A DNA stretch of 63,974 nt, filler included, from Octopus bimaculoides (Eukaryota), in the NCBI RefSeq assembly GCF_001194135.2. It is 6 parts of 5 records of this genome, joined end to end, with 100 filler letters (N's around TTAATTAATTAA, not from the genome) between each part and the next. Parts side by side here need not be neighbours in the genome. Positions count along the whole stretch, not along the records: positions 1 to 21,765 come from NC_068988.1; positions 21,866 to 31,480 come from NC_068981.1; 4 more parts are not named here. One strand, written 5' to 3'. A program made the position numbers and the translations under genes. Under the pieces are notes generated by a model. The model was not told the DNA's origin and ran no database searches. It saw only the letters and a program-made list of their open reading frames with translations. Shown here in pieces: positions 11,604-23,993 of the stretch; position 1 is the stretch's first letter, and every line of letters starts with the position of its first letter.

Positions 11604-13552
11604 GTGCTCCACTGGCGCAGTGACCAGTTATCGAGTATGGTTCAATTTTGAATTCACTTGCCCCAACAGGTCTTCGCAAGCAGAGTTTAGTGTCCAATGA
11701 AGGAGAGGTTGGCATGGGTGCCAGTCGTCGGATGTGAATTCGATTTCAGATTCAAATTCCAAATTCCAAATTCACTTGCCTCAACAGGTCTTCGCAAGCA
11801 GGGTTTTTAGTGTCCAATGAAGTAAAGATACGGATTAGTGAACTGCCTACACTTCTGGCAGAGATCACAGATTATGCTCTCACTTGCCTTGCTGGGTCTT
11901 CTCACGTACTGCATATATCCAAAGGTCCCGGTCACTGGTCATTGCCTCGGTGAGGCCTAAGGTTCGAAGATCGTGCTTCACCACCGCATCCCAGGTCTTC
12001 CTGGGTCTGCCTCTTCCACAGGTTCCGTCAACTGCTAGGGTGTGGCACTTTTTCACACAGCTATCCTCATCCATTCTTGCCACATGTCCATACCAGCGCA
12101 ATCGTCTCCCTTGCGCACCACAACTGATGCTTCTTATGTCTAATTTTTCTCTCCAGGTACTTACACTCTGTCGAGTATGCACAATGACATTACACATCTA
12201 TTGGAGCATACTGGTTTCATTTCTTGTAAGCTTACGCATGTCTTCAGCAGTCACAGCCTATGTTTCATTGCCATGTAGCATGGCTGTTTGTACGCATGTG
12301 TCATACAGTCTGCCTTTTACTCTGAGTGAGAGGCCCTTTGTCACCAGCAGAGGTAAGAGCTCTCTAAACTTTGCCCAGGCTATTCTTATTCTAGTAGCTA
12401 CACTTTCAGTGCACCCTCCCCCGCTACAAACTTGGTCACCTAGGTAGCGGAAGCTATTAACTGCTAGTTTTTCTCCCTGGAGTGTGGCAAAGGTTGTTTC
12501 CTGCACATTTTCAGTGTTTATTACTCCTAAGCATCTGCCACATACAAAAACTATCTTGCTAGTTAGCCTTCCTTTGATATTGCTGCACCTCTTATGTGTC
12601 CATAGCTTACACTGGGTACATCTTATGGAGATTCTACCTACGCCTTTTCTACAGATCGAGCAGGGCCATCTACCTGAAGGGGTTTGTGTTTTGTCTACCT
12701 TCCTACTTATTAAGACTTTGTTTTTAGCTAGGTTGACTCTAAGGCCCTTCGATTCTAGTCCTTGCTTCCACACCTGAAACTTCTCCTCTAGTTTTGATAG
12801 TGAATCAGCAATTAGGGCAAGGTCATCANNNNNNNNNNGCCTGGAGGACTATGATAAATAGGAGGGGGCTGAGGACTGAACCTTGGTGGACCCCTACCTC
12901 TACCCGTAATTCTTCACTGTACTCGTTGCCAACTCTCACCTTACTGACAGTGTCAGTGTACATGGCTTGCACAACTCTCACTAACCATTCATCTATCCCT
13001 AGTTTTCTCATTGACCACCAGATAAGGGAGCAGGGGACCCTGTCAAAGGCTTTCTCCATGTCAACGAAAGCCAGCTACAGAGGTTTATCCTTGGCTAGGT
13101 ATTTCTCCTGAAGCTGTCTTACCAGTAATATAGCATCAGTGGTGCTTTTCCCTGCTAACCCTAACCCTAACCCAAACTGCATCTCATCTAAACTGACTCT
13201 CTCCCTAATTTGTTGGCATATGACCTCTCCATGACCTTCATTACCTGGTCTAACAACTTGATATCTCTGTAATTGTTTGTGTCTAGAGCGTCACCTTTCC
13301 CTTTGTAGCAGTTGACTATGGTGCTGCAGTGATTCCTGATGGGCCGGAGCTTTCCCTGTCTTCATACTCTCGATCGCTTTATCTACTAAGGTACTGTCAA
13401 TTAGGATAGCTGGACCCTCTGTTGGGTCGGCATGCGGCAGACTCTCTTCCTCCCATTCATTCTCTTTATTAAGCAGCCTTTCATAGTGGTGTCTCCAGAC
13501 CTCTCTCTTTGCAGCCTCGTTTATTGCGAGTGAGCCATCATCCAAGTGGACG
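11604..13552 (-). mobile_element. RTE LINE (RT to 3' UTR), left part of an interrupted element
   Basis: Minus-strand ORFs 13291-13566, 12826-13059 (EKAFDRVP..GVHQGSVLSPLLF), 12258-12773 and 11880-12197. 3' UTR at 11604-11880. Confidence 0.9.
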
Positions 13553-15952
13553 AAAAAGTTTGCCAATGTTCTGCGCCGTGAGGACCAAAGACTTGAGGTA
13601 TTTTGTGTTGCAAGACACTGTGTGAGAGAGAATCATGATGTCGTGGGAGAGAAATGTGTTTGCATGGATGATGGTACGCTTGCACTAAATGAGGCTGCAA
13701 AGAAAGAGGTCTGGAGACGTCACTATGAAAGATTGCTCAATAAAGAGAATGAATGGGAGAAAGAGAGTCTGCTGAATGTCGACCCAACAGAGGGACCAGC
13801 TATCCAAGTTAACAGTACCATGGTAGATAAAGCAATTAAGAGTATGAAGACAGGGAAGGCCCCCGGCCCATCAAGAATTACTGCAGAGATGCTCAAAATA
13901 TCTGGCAGCGTTGGCTATAGCCTAGTCACCCGTATTGTTAACCAGGTGATACACGAAGGAGTCATACCCAATGACTAGTGTAACAGCACCATAGTCAACT
14001 GCTACAAAGGTAAAGGTGACGCTTTAGATACATGTAATTACAGAGGTATCAAGCTGTTAGATCAGGTAATGAAAGTCACAGAGAGGGTCATAGCCCAACT
14101 ACTTGGGGAGTGAGTCAGTTTAGATGAGATGCAGTTTGGGTTCGTACCAGAGAAAAGCACCACTGATGCTATATTTCTGGTAAAACAGCTTCAGGAGAAA
14201 TACCTAGCCAAGGATAAACCCTTTGACAGGGTCCCCCGATCCCTCATCTGGTGGTCAATGAGGAAACTAGGGATAGAAGAATGGTTAGTGAGAGCTGTGC
14301 GAGCCATGTACAGAGACGCTGTCAATAAGGTGAGGGTTGGCAATGAGTACAGTGAAGAATTCCGGGTAGAGGTAGGGGTCCATCAATGTTCAGTTCTCAG
14401 CCCCCTCTTATTTATCATAGTCCTCCAGGCTATAACAGAGGAATTCAAGACAGGATGCCTCTGGGAACTCCTCTATGCTGATGACCTTGCACTAATTGCT
14501 GAGTCACTATCAGAACGAGAGGAGAAGTTTCAGGTGTGGAAGCAAGGACTAGAATCGAAGGGCCTTAGAGTCAACCTAGCTAAAACCAAAGTCCTAATAA
14601 GTAGGAAGGTAGAAAAAATACAAACCATTTCAGGTAGATGGCCCTGCTCGATCTGTAGAAAAGGCATAGGTAGAAACTCTATAAGATACAAGCTATGGAC
14701 ACATAAGAGTTGCAGCAATATCAAAGGAAGGTTAACTAGAAAGTTAGTTTTTGGATGTAGCAGATGTTCAGGAGCTATAAACAATGTAAATGTGCAGAAA
14801 ACAACTTCTGCCACATTACTGGGAGAAAAACTAGAAGTGGTTGATAGCTTCTGCTATCTAGGTGACCAAGTTAGTAGTGGGGGAGGGTGCACTGAAAGTG
14901 TAGCTACTAGAATAAGAATAGCCTGGGCAAAGTTTAGAGAGCTCTTACCTCTGCTGGTGACAAAAGGTCTCTCTCTCAGAGTAAAAGGTAGACTGTATGA
15001 CACATGTGTACGAACAGCCATGGGCCGCAAGGAATGAAGCCAGTATGCTTCGATGGATGTGTAATGTCAGTCTGCATACTAGTCAGAGTGTAAGTACCTT
15101 GAGAGAAAAGTTGAACCTAAGAAGCATCAGTTGTGGTGTGCAAGAGAGACGATTGCGCTGGTATGATCATGTGGCGAGAATGGATGAGGATAGCTGTGTG
15201 AAAAAGTGCCACACCATAGCAGTTGAGGGAACCTGTGGGAGAGGTATACCCAGGAAAATCTGGGATGAGGTGGTGAGGCATGACCTCCGAACATTGGGCC
15301 TCACTGAGGCAATGACTTCTAACCGAGACCTTTGGAAATATTCTGTGCGTGAGAAGACCCGGCAAGCCAAGTGAGAACTAAATCCAAGGCCTCTGCCAGG
15401 GGTGTAGCCAGCCCACTTATGTGTACCTTTCCTTCATTGGACACTAAACTCCGCTTGCGAAGACCTGTTGAGGCTACTGAAATCGAAATCAAACTAAATT
15501 CGACCACTGGCACCCATGCCAACGTCGTCTCCTTCATTGGACACGAAACTTGGCTTGCGAAGCCCTGTTGGGGCAAGTGAAAGCGAAATCGTGATGGCAC
15601 CTGTGCCCAGCGTCACCTTCCTGACACTTGTGCTGGTGACACGTGTAAAGACATTCGAGCAAGATCGTTGCCAGTGCCGCTGGACTGGCTCCTATGCAGG
15701 TGGCACGTAAAATACACCATTTTGAGCATGGCCGTTGCCAGTACCACCTGACTGGCCTTCGTGCCGGTGGCATGTATAAGGACCCACTACACTCTCGGAG
15801 TGGTTGGTGTTAGGAAGGGCATCCAGCTGTAGAAACTCTGCCAAATCAGACTGGAGCCTGGTATAGCCATCTGGTTCACCAGTCCTCAGTCAAATCGTCC
15901 AACCCATGCTAGCATGGAAAGCGGACGTTAAACAATGATGATGATGATGATG
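13553..15952 (+). mobile_element. RTE LINE, 5'-truncated, with full 3' UTR and (GAT)n tail, nested in an antisense copy
   Basis: ORFs 13622-13978, 14129-15037 (MQFGFVP..LLYADDLAL) and 14997-15374. Tail GGACGTTAAACAATGATGATG ends at ~15952. Confidence 0.92.
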
Positions 15953-16290
15953 ACATCACGATTCTCTCTCACACACTGTCTTGCAACACAGAATACTTCA
16001 AGTCTTTGGTCCTCATGGTGCAGAACATTGGCAAATTTTTTCTTATCTGCTTCCCCTCTGGCTAAGTAAACCTGTCTCCTAGCTTCCCTTCTGGCAGTCT
16101 GATACAATTCTCTGCTACCTCCATTCTTCCAGTCCTTCCAAGCCTGTTTCTTTTGTCTAATAGCCCTGTCAACCACATTGTTCCACCACCACATTACTTT
16201 GGGTCGAGAGGGGACTTTTCACCAGCCACAGATCTGGTCAGTGGCTCTCAGCAGGTTATCCCGTAGAAACCTCAAGTTGTCTTCCACGTT
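15953..16290 (-). mobile_element. RTE LINE, right (upstream) part of the interrupted minus-strand element
   Basis: ORF 15928-16194 ([45 protein letters not shown]) continues into the sequence that resumes at 13552. Confidence 0.85.
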
Positions 16291-16724
16291 GTGTAATGCT
16301 ATATATATCCCCTTCTACTATATATATATAAAGAATAAAATGAAAGACTATTTATATATATATATATNNNNNNNNNNCCTACAGCCACATTGTATTATTT
16401 GTTTCTTTCTTATGGGCAGAATCGGCACATGAGGTGTGTGAAGCAAACAACTCTTGTTTATAAACATGTTTTTCTGTCATTTTCTGATGAACAATGCTGA
16501 AATTGTTGACACCAAAAACATGTAGAATGGCAGCTTAGATTAGAAGGAAATCCTAACATTGCCCCCAGAATTACCTAGACTTACGGATTTAAAGAATTGG
16601 ATGACATATGAGGACGTAGAGATATTCATATTACAGAAAGTAAGTACATGAAAAGAAAGCTGCTTCATCTCTAATGCTTGGGCAGACGGCACACTTCGAC
16701 ACATGTGAAGTGAAACCATCAGTG

Positions 16725-17830
16725 CTTCTGGGTAAACTATGTTTTGTGTAAGCCTAGTATTGGTAGAATAAATATACAAGTCATCTGCACTGCCAACTCG
16801 AGAGCATGCAATATATAGTTGTCTGTGAGAAAAACGTTATTTGTAAATTGAGACCCACAACTTTTAAAGTTTGACCCTGGGCTTTGTTGATTGTCATAGC
16901 AAAGCATAATTGCACTGGGAACTGGAGGCGCTTGAATTGAAATGACACATTTGACTGAATAAGGGGCATGCGTGGAATGTATGCGATCTCTCCTCAATGA
17001 CAGCTGGCAATAATAGTTGCTTGTAGGACATGACTTGTCATTGTAGTTAGTCAATCTTGTACTATTGCATAGTCATGGTGGGTGAAAATTCCTCAGTGCA
17101 CCTTTCTTTAGGAAAAACTAATGTGGTGGCAGTCCTGTGGGTTGCAGAGAGTTGAGAAATTCAACTGGACAGTAAACAGTGGCATGTTTTTCGATGGTAG
17201 TATCAATGGAGACAAACATTGAAGCATCTCCAGGTAGAATGTGGAGGAGTTCATGGTTTACTTTATCAACGCTTTCATTCTGAGGTGCTAAAATAGCTCT
17301 CTCTGGGAATCATGCTATGTTTTAGAAGTTATCTTGCAATGTGGGAAATACCTTTTCTTTAAGCTCGGCCAATGTAGACACCATGTGTCCACATTGCAGT
17401 ACATACTGTTGCAGGGTGTTATTCAACGGTAAAGCGCCATTTCCAATTAGAAGTTGTTGAAAGAATTCCTCAGTTAAGGGGTCGTTGTAGAGATGAGCTC
17501 GCATATTGTTGCTTAATGAAAGCTGACGAACAATCCTCCATAGAGTTGAAAACTTCAGACACACATAGATGTCATCAGCTCACATACCCCACAATATGAC
17601 TGGTAATATTTGACGGAAATCCCCTGCTAAGACAACAGTTAAGCCCCCCATAATGGCAGTACTGTTTCTAATATCCCTTACTAACCTATCTTGGACTTCT
17701 AGTACACCACGGTGTGCCATCGTGCATTCATCCAGACAATAAGTGTAATTTAGAGCAGAACTTCCGCCGTTGGTGATCGTTTCCAAATATTACACATTTG
17801 GGCATCACTGAAGTGAGTTTTCTTGAGCAT
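16725..17830 (-). mobile_element. Helitron-type PIF1 helicase remnant (pseudogenised)
   Basis: MCNI..AEVLL..LIVW-DECTMAH, VVLAGDFRQILPV, LYNDPLTEEF, QFPVQLCFAMTINKAQGQTLKVVGL and terminal TQNIVYPEAL, spread over frameshifted frames. Confidence 0.85.
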
Positions 17831-18943
17831 GAATAGAAGAAATTTTCTTTGCAGTCCTTGTTTGCGGAGATAAATGAGAATGTCTTCATTTTGGTGACAT
17901 GACTGAAAAGAGCAAACGATTAAGGAACATATAAGATGGAAGACATAACAATTTGAAGTTGTGCATTGTATAATTTGATTTTTTAGTAATGAATGAAAAG
18001 ATGTGGGAAAATTCATACATGTCAATTTGTATAGTGTTATTATGAGAAGCAGTAAACTGTGAATGATTTGGCTATGCTCTGTCTTGATAAGCGTAATGCA
18101 TTCTGTTAGGTGATATATAGTGGAGTGGATTACTGGCTTAATGGAAGTTATTGTTTGTCCAGAAGTGACGTGGAGGGTACAATTTGCATGAAAGTGATTT
18201 ATGTTCTTCAGAAGGATCCCAAACTATGTACTGTTTCATGGAATAAAAAGGGGTTAATATGATTTTGGCCAGAAATCTTGTTTTCAAAATTATAATTTCC
18301 CCACTCCCCGCCAAAATTTCCTAATCTTTAACTGTTTTTTTTTTTTATGCATGTGAAAAAATACAGAGATTACGAGTGTGGGAAATATAATTTGTTTTTG
18401 AAAAGAAATACCGAATGACCCTTTCCCCACCTTGGCCACCCGCTTTTAGGCAAAATGCAAATCTCCTGTATGAAAAACATAGGAATGTGAGTAAATTGAG
18501 GAAAGAAATAAGTGTGGGGGGGGGGTATGCAAATGTCATCTCAGACATGCTAGAAACAACAGGTAAAGGACAAGGTTTCTGAGAAAACTTCCTTATAAGT
18601 TTAAATAGAAGATCAGGTTTTGAAATACACTCCTCACAAACAGGAATGACAGAATAGGAAAAGGTAATTTCCATAGGATTTGAGCTATATTTTAGCACAC
18701 AGCAAAAAATAACATAATTCATACTCTGTGTGGGGGAAGCAAAGGAAGCTATTTTTGCATACCTTTCTTAATTCCAAAAGAAGAAAATGTAATGAAATTG
18801 TAATATGTTAACAGCAGAATGTCTCCGTACATTATAATAAAAAGTTGAAAGAGAAAGATAATGCCTAATTCTACGCATCTGTGAAACATGGGACAAAAGT
18901 GAAACTGACCTTAAAATTGTACGACACGACCTCATTTGTGCCA

Positions 18944-19190
18944 CTTTCTTTCACCTTCACCTATAGAACATACAGTATCAATTTTGTGCTGGCTTTCTTT
19001 CACTTTCAACTACAGAACATACATAGGGTATGAAACACCAGTGTCTCTCTCTCACCCGCTATCCATCTTTCACTTTCACCTATAGAACATACATACAGCA
19101 TCAAGTTTCTCTCGGCTTTCTTTCACTTTCAAATATAGAACATACATAGGGGTATGAAACATCAGCATTTCACTCTCACCCTCTACCCCT
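18944..19190 (+). repeat. Four diverged ~55-60 bp tandem units (two ~115-bp dimers)
   Basis: Recurring CTTTCTTTCACTTTCACCTATAGAACATAC core at ~18944, 18993, 19067 and 19114. Confidence 0.7.
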
Positions 19191-19336
19191 GTCTTTCATC
19201 TTCTCCTATAGAAACTTGTTTTCTGTCTCCATTTCTTTCTCTTGTCTCTCTGTCTTTTTCTCATTCTGCGTTTCACTCGGTCATTCTGTAAAAATAAGAT
19301 GTATGTATATATAAAATGGACGTGTGTGTGCGAGAT

Positions 19337-19405
<69 letters not shown>

Positions 19406-19696
19406 GTGAGTGAGTGAGTGAAGATGTTTGTCATAATGATGGATGTCTTTTAAGGTACACACTCATACAGAAAATGTGACGTCGTCGTATAAAATTCATA
19501 CAACAGGTGAGTTATGGAAAAGATTATAACTTAAAATTTTCGTAACGGAAATATGTCAATGAAAATAAAGTTTAGTTGGTTGCGGAAATAGTACTGAATC
19601 TTTTGATACTCCATAGATCAAAATCAGCAACTCAGTTTTCGAATGCATAAGAAACATACGCACACACACACACAAACAAACTCTCATTTATATACC

Positions 19697-19901
19697 CAGA
19701 CTGTTGCCATAGTAACGAAGCGAAAGTATGCAGAGTGAAGCCGCTTGACACAGCTTGACCTTGAACTCTGCTGTGCATACACACTAAGTTTTAACATATT
19801 AGCTTACTTCCATTGTTTACAGTAGTGCTTGGAAAGAAGGTGTGTAGCATGTGCTCATTGCATTGACCATGACAGAAAAAGTTGAGCAGAGAATTTGCAT
19901 C
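19697..19901 (+). mobile_element. Mariner 5' end fragment (MTEKVEQRICI start)
   Basis: Near-identical to 20865-21070. Truncated after ATGACAGAAAAAGTTGAGCAGAGAATTTGCATC. Confidence 0.75.
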
Positions 19902-20026
19902 AGTAGCGACACCTGCTGGGTTCGGCCGCTCTACATTGATAAGGGACAAATACCCTGAAACTAGTCTGTAGATGCCAGACCAGTAAGGGAAAGCAGCTGA
20001 CCTCCCCTGTTTGAAATGAATCAGGG

Positions 20027-20798
20027 TCCAATCTGATCTGGCAGAGTTTCTACAGCTGGATGCCCTTCCTAACACCAACTACGAGAGTATAGTGGGTGTT
20101 TTTACGTGCCACCGGCACGAGGGCAACAGCCACACTCAAAAAGGTATTTTTTTTACATGCCACCTGCACGGGAGCCAGTCCACCGGCACTGGCAATGACC
20201 TCGCTTGAATGATTTTCTAACATGCCACCAGCAAAAGTGCTAGAAGGCGACGCTGGTAACGATTCCACTCAAATGGTGCTATTTACGGGCCACTAGCACG
20301 GAAGCCAGACAGCTGCTCTGGCAATGAACATGCTTGGACAGTGCTGTTAATGCTCCACTGGGGCAGGTGCCAGTCATCGAGTATGGTTCACTTATGATTT
20401 CAATTTCACTTGCCCCAACAGGTCTTCGCAAGTAGAGTTTAGTGTCCAATGAAGGAGAGGTTGGCATGGGTGCCAGTCAACGGATTCGGTTCGATTTCGA
20501 TTTCACATTTCAGATTTCAAATTTCAAATTGCAAATTTATTTGCCTCAACAGGTCTTCGCAAGTAGAGTTTTTAGTGTCCAATGAATTAAAGATACGAAT
20601 AAGTGAGCTGGCTACACTTCTGGCAGAGGTCACAGATTATGCTTTCACTTGCCTTGCCGGGTCTTCTCACGTACTGCATATTTCCAAAGGTCCTGGTCAC
20701 TGGTCATTGCCTCGGTGAGGACTAAAGTTTGAAGGTCGTGCTTCACCACCTCATCCCAGGTCTTCCTCGGTCTACCTCTTCCACAGGTTCCCTCAACT
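20027..20798 (-). mobile_element. RTE LINE 3' fragment (ORF end plus 3' UTR)
   Basis: Reverse complement of GRGRPRKTWDEVVKHDLQTL plus the same UTR as 11604-11880. Confidence 0.88.
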
Positions 20799-20813
20799 CC
20801 CTCAATATACTAA

Positions 20814-20857
<44 letters not shown>

Positions 20858-20859
20858 TA

Positions 20860-21718
20860 CTGGGTCTGGACTGTTGCCATAGTAACAAAGCGAAAGTATG
20901 CAGAGTGAAGCCGCTTGGCACAGCTTGACCTTGAACTCTGCTGTGCATACACATTAAGTTTTAACATTTTAGCTTATTTCCATTGTTTACAGTAGTGCTT
21001 GTAAAGAAGGTGTGTAGCATGTGCTCATTGCATTGACCATGACAGAAAAAGTTGAGCAGAGAATCTGCATCTAATTTTCCCCACAGTTAGGTGATACCTG
21101 CTCAGAGGCCTATGCAAAGTTTTCAAAAACTTTTCATCGTTCTTGACACAATCAAGATCTTGGGCAACTAAAACCCAAGTGTGTTTTTGGTCAGCTGAAA
21201 GCAGTTTTGGCACAAATTTGGCAGACATGCGTCTCATACCAAAATCGTCAGTGATAATGGATTGAACTAAACTGTAACTAATCTGCACATCTTCTGATAA
21301 CTTCTGGATAGTGATTCGACGATTTCCCCTTTACAGCTGCACGTACATCTGTGATGTTTTTCTCAGTTCTGCTGGTTGCGGGTCTCCCAGAACGATTGTC
21401 ACAATCAACATTTTTTCAGCCATCTTCGAAAGGTCCAAACCACTCGTACACTTGTGTGCAGCTCATACACTCCTCTCCATTCACTTTCTGCAACTTTGCA
21501 TAGGCCTCTGAGCAGGTATCGTCATGACAACTTTGTCAATCATGGTCAATGCAATGATCACATGCTTCACACCTTCCTTCCCAGCACTTCTGTAAACAGG
21601 AGAAGTGAGTTAGAACATAAAAACTTAGTGTGCATGCAGAGCGGAGTTTAAGGTCAATCTTTGCCCAGTGGCTTCACTCTGCGTGCTTCAGTTTCGTTCT
21701 ATAGCACCGGTCCGGATA
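20860..21718. mobile_element. Mariner-derived fold-back: two opposed 5' ends
   Basis: The + arm 20860-21120 and a minus copy 21121-21718 share ~250 bp in inverted orientation. The minus copy encodes MRRMSAKFVPKLLSADQK (ORF 21025-21288). Confidence 0.75.
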
Positions 21719-21809
21719 CTTATTGATCAGACCTTGTGTGTGTGTGTGTGTGTATGTATATATATNNNNNNNNNNNNNNNNNNNNNNNNNNNNNNNNNNN
21801 NNNNNNNNN

Positions 21810-21821
21810 TTAATTAATTAA
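21810..21821. other. Assembly gap linker TTAATTAATTAA (also 31525, 35704, 46682, 54871)
   Basis: An identical palindromic 12-mer sits in the middle of N runs five times and gives TAA in all six frames. Confidence 0.9.
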
Positions 21822-23264
21822 NNNNNNNNNNNNNNNNNNNNNNNNNNNNNNNNNNNNNNNNNNNNACTTTTTTGCCGAACTGCTAGATAACGGGGACGTA
21901 AACATACCAACATCAGTTGTCAAGCGATGGTGGTGGTGGTGGTGGTGGTGGTGGTGGTGGTGGGTACAAACACAGTAGTTGTGGTAGTAGATGTGCTTGT
22001 TGTTTTGTTTTGGTGTTTGAGGTAGTAAATTAGGTTATTTTTGCAGTTGTTGTAGGGGTGTTTGTGGCAGAACCTGGTTTGGGAGAGGGATTTAGCTGCT
22101 CTTTCTAAAAACTGAACCGATAGAGGCTTTCTAGCTCGAATCTGTTATCCAGTTTCCTGCTGTTGCTGTTATTTAACCCATGGTCACATCTGGTCACTCC
22201 GAAATATAATCAATGGACTTCTAACCATGATCATCGCATCCTTTTTTAAGGCAGAATGAATCCACGATCATATTATCCAGCGTCTTTGCCATGACAATAT
22301 ATTGTGATATGATGGTGAATTGCTTGCTATTTCTATCAGATCAAATCACTGTGCATGTGTTCTCCCGTGTTGCTGAAGTGTGCTTTTATTAATGGCTGTC
22401 TTTGCTTTAAATCGGAGCAAGTGTCTCGTCTCCAATAACTTTAACAAAAAAATAATAAATTTCTTTAAAGTTTCGTAATTCTGACCCTACCAGCCACCCG
22501 ATTGCTACCCGCCCCACCTCCCAACTTCCTCCCACACGCACCACCACCACCACCACCGCCCTCATTCACGATAAGCAGGTATCACGGAAAAGATCACTTC
22601 CGCATGCTTAACATATCATCTCAGCAGCAGATTTAGTCACTCGTTTTATTTATTTATTTATTTTGTTTAGTTTTTACGTATTTGTTTTTATATTTTCACA
22701 TTTAGATTTCGTTTTTTTTCCTGTTTTTGTTTATTTTTGCTCTTTTTGTTGTTGTTTTTTTGTGCTTTATATTACACTTGGTTCACAAGGACCCTCTTTG
22801 TGCGATGCTTAAACGGCCGTTATGTTCTGTGTATATAAAGAACTGTCTGAAGAACTCAGGCAAACTGCCGCCTTGAGCAGCAGAAATAACCATTTTTATT
22901 TATGTATTTAGTTTTGCCTTCAATATTCAGTGTATACACACACACACGCGCGCGCGCGCGCGCACACACACACACATGCACACACATATACGCACATGCA
23001 CACACATATACGAATGTGAGTGTGTCTGTGTGCGTGTGTGCATGTATGTGTGGTGTGTGTGCGCGTTTGTATTAAAATTCTGTGAGAATTTTCGAAGATG
23101 GAATTCGAGGGAATTTCTTCATAGTAAAAAAAGAGAAGAAAAAAAAGAAAAAGCCCACATCGGCAGTAAAACCATGGGAACCGATTCCTTATGATGCAAA
23201 ATGAGAACCATTGAAATCAAGAAGTATATAACTGCAAACAACGCTCAGCATATTCTTTTCTATT

Positions 23265-23470
23265 CTAGGCACAAGGCCGGAAATATTTGGGGAGGGGGTC
23301 CAGACGATTAGGTCGACCCCATAACACAACTGGTACTTAATTTATCGATCCCAAAAGGACGAAAGGCAAAGTCGATCTCGGCGGAATTTGAACTCAGAAG
23401 GCAAAGACTGACGAAAAACCGCTAAGCACTTTGTCCGGCGTGCTAACGGTTCTGCCAGGTCCCCCGCCTT
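23265..23470 (-). mobile_element. tRNA-headed SINE family C
   Basis: Reverse complement of the 31095-31302 type: TGGCAGAA..GAGTTCAAATTCC..GCCTTTCGTCCTTTTGGGATCGATAAATTAAGTACCAG. Confidence 0.85.
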
Positions 23471-23504
23471 GATAGTGCCCAGTATACTGTTGGTACATAT
23501 CGTT

Positions 23505-23993
23505 CTGTATTCTTTTATTCTTTTAGTTGTTTCAGTCATTTGACTACGGCCAAACTGGAGCACCACCTTTGGTCGAACAAGTCGACCAGAGGACTTATAC
23601 TTTGTCAGCTTAGTACTTATTCTATCGATTTCTTTTTGCCGAACCGCCAGATTCGGGGATCAAGCCGTGGATCGCGATGTCAGTGAGTCATCCAGTGAAG
23701 TGCGTATATATATATATATATATATATATATGACGCGTTTCTATCAGATTCCGTCTACCAAATCCATTCTCAAGGCTTTAGTCGGCCTGAGGCTATAGTA
23801 GAAGACACCTACCCAAGGTGCCACACACCGGTACTGAACCCGAAACCATGTGTTTGGAAAGCAAGCTTCTTACTACACAGCCGCTGCTGGGCTTATCTAC
23901 ACAGTCGCTCCTGCGCCTATCCACAGAGCTACACTTGCGCCTATCCACACGGCTACTCCTACGTCTATCTACACGGCCACTCCTGCGCCTACA
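23505..23993 (-). mobile_element. SINE family B copy with internal insertion and a 5x tandem 24-bp head repeat
   Basis: Family B body at 23505-23873. Five 24-bp units at 23874-23993 derive from the A-box region. Confidence 0.8.

Noticed and set aside
10908-11715. Long ORFs spanning N runs (also ~25-26, 28.7-29.8, 39, 62.4-63.4 kb)
   Set aside because: Open only because N codons are untranslatable.
14129-15037. 302-aa RT ORF as a functional or host gene
   Set aside because: It has internal deletions relative to paralogs (the LYLAFVDLEKA segment is missing), stops upstream and a frameshift downstream. It is a dead LINE copy.
16486-16515. CTGATGA...GAAA as another hammerhead
   Set aside because: No stem II pairing and no closing stems I/III.
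21810-21821. Recurrent TTAATTAATTAA islands inside N runs (five times)
   Set aside because: Identical six-frame-stop palindrome centred in gaps of similar size: a scaffolding linker, not biology.
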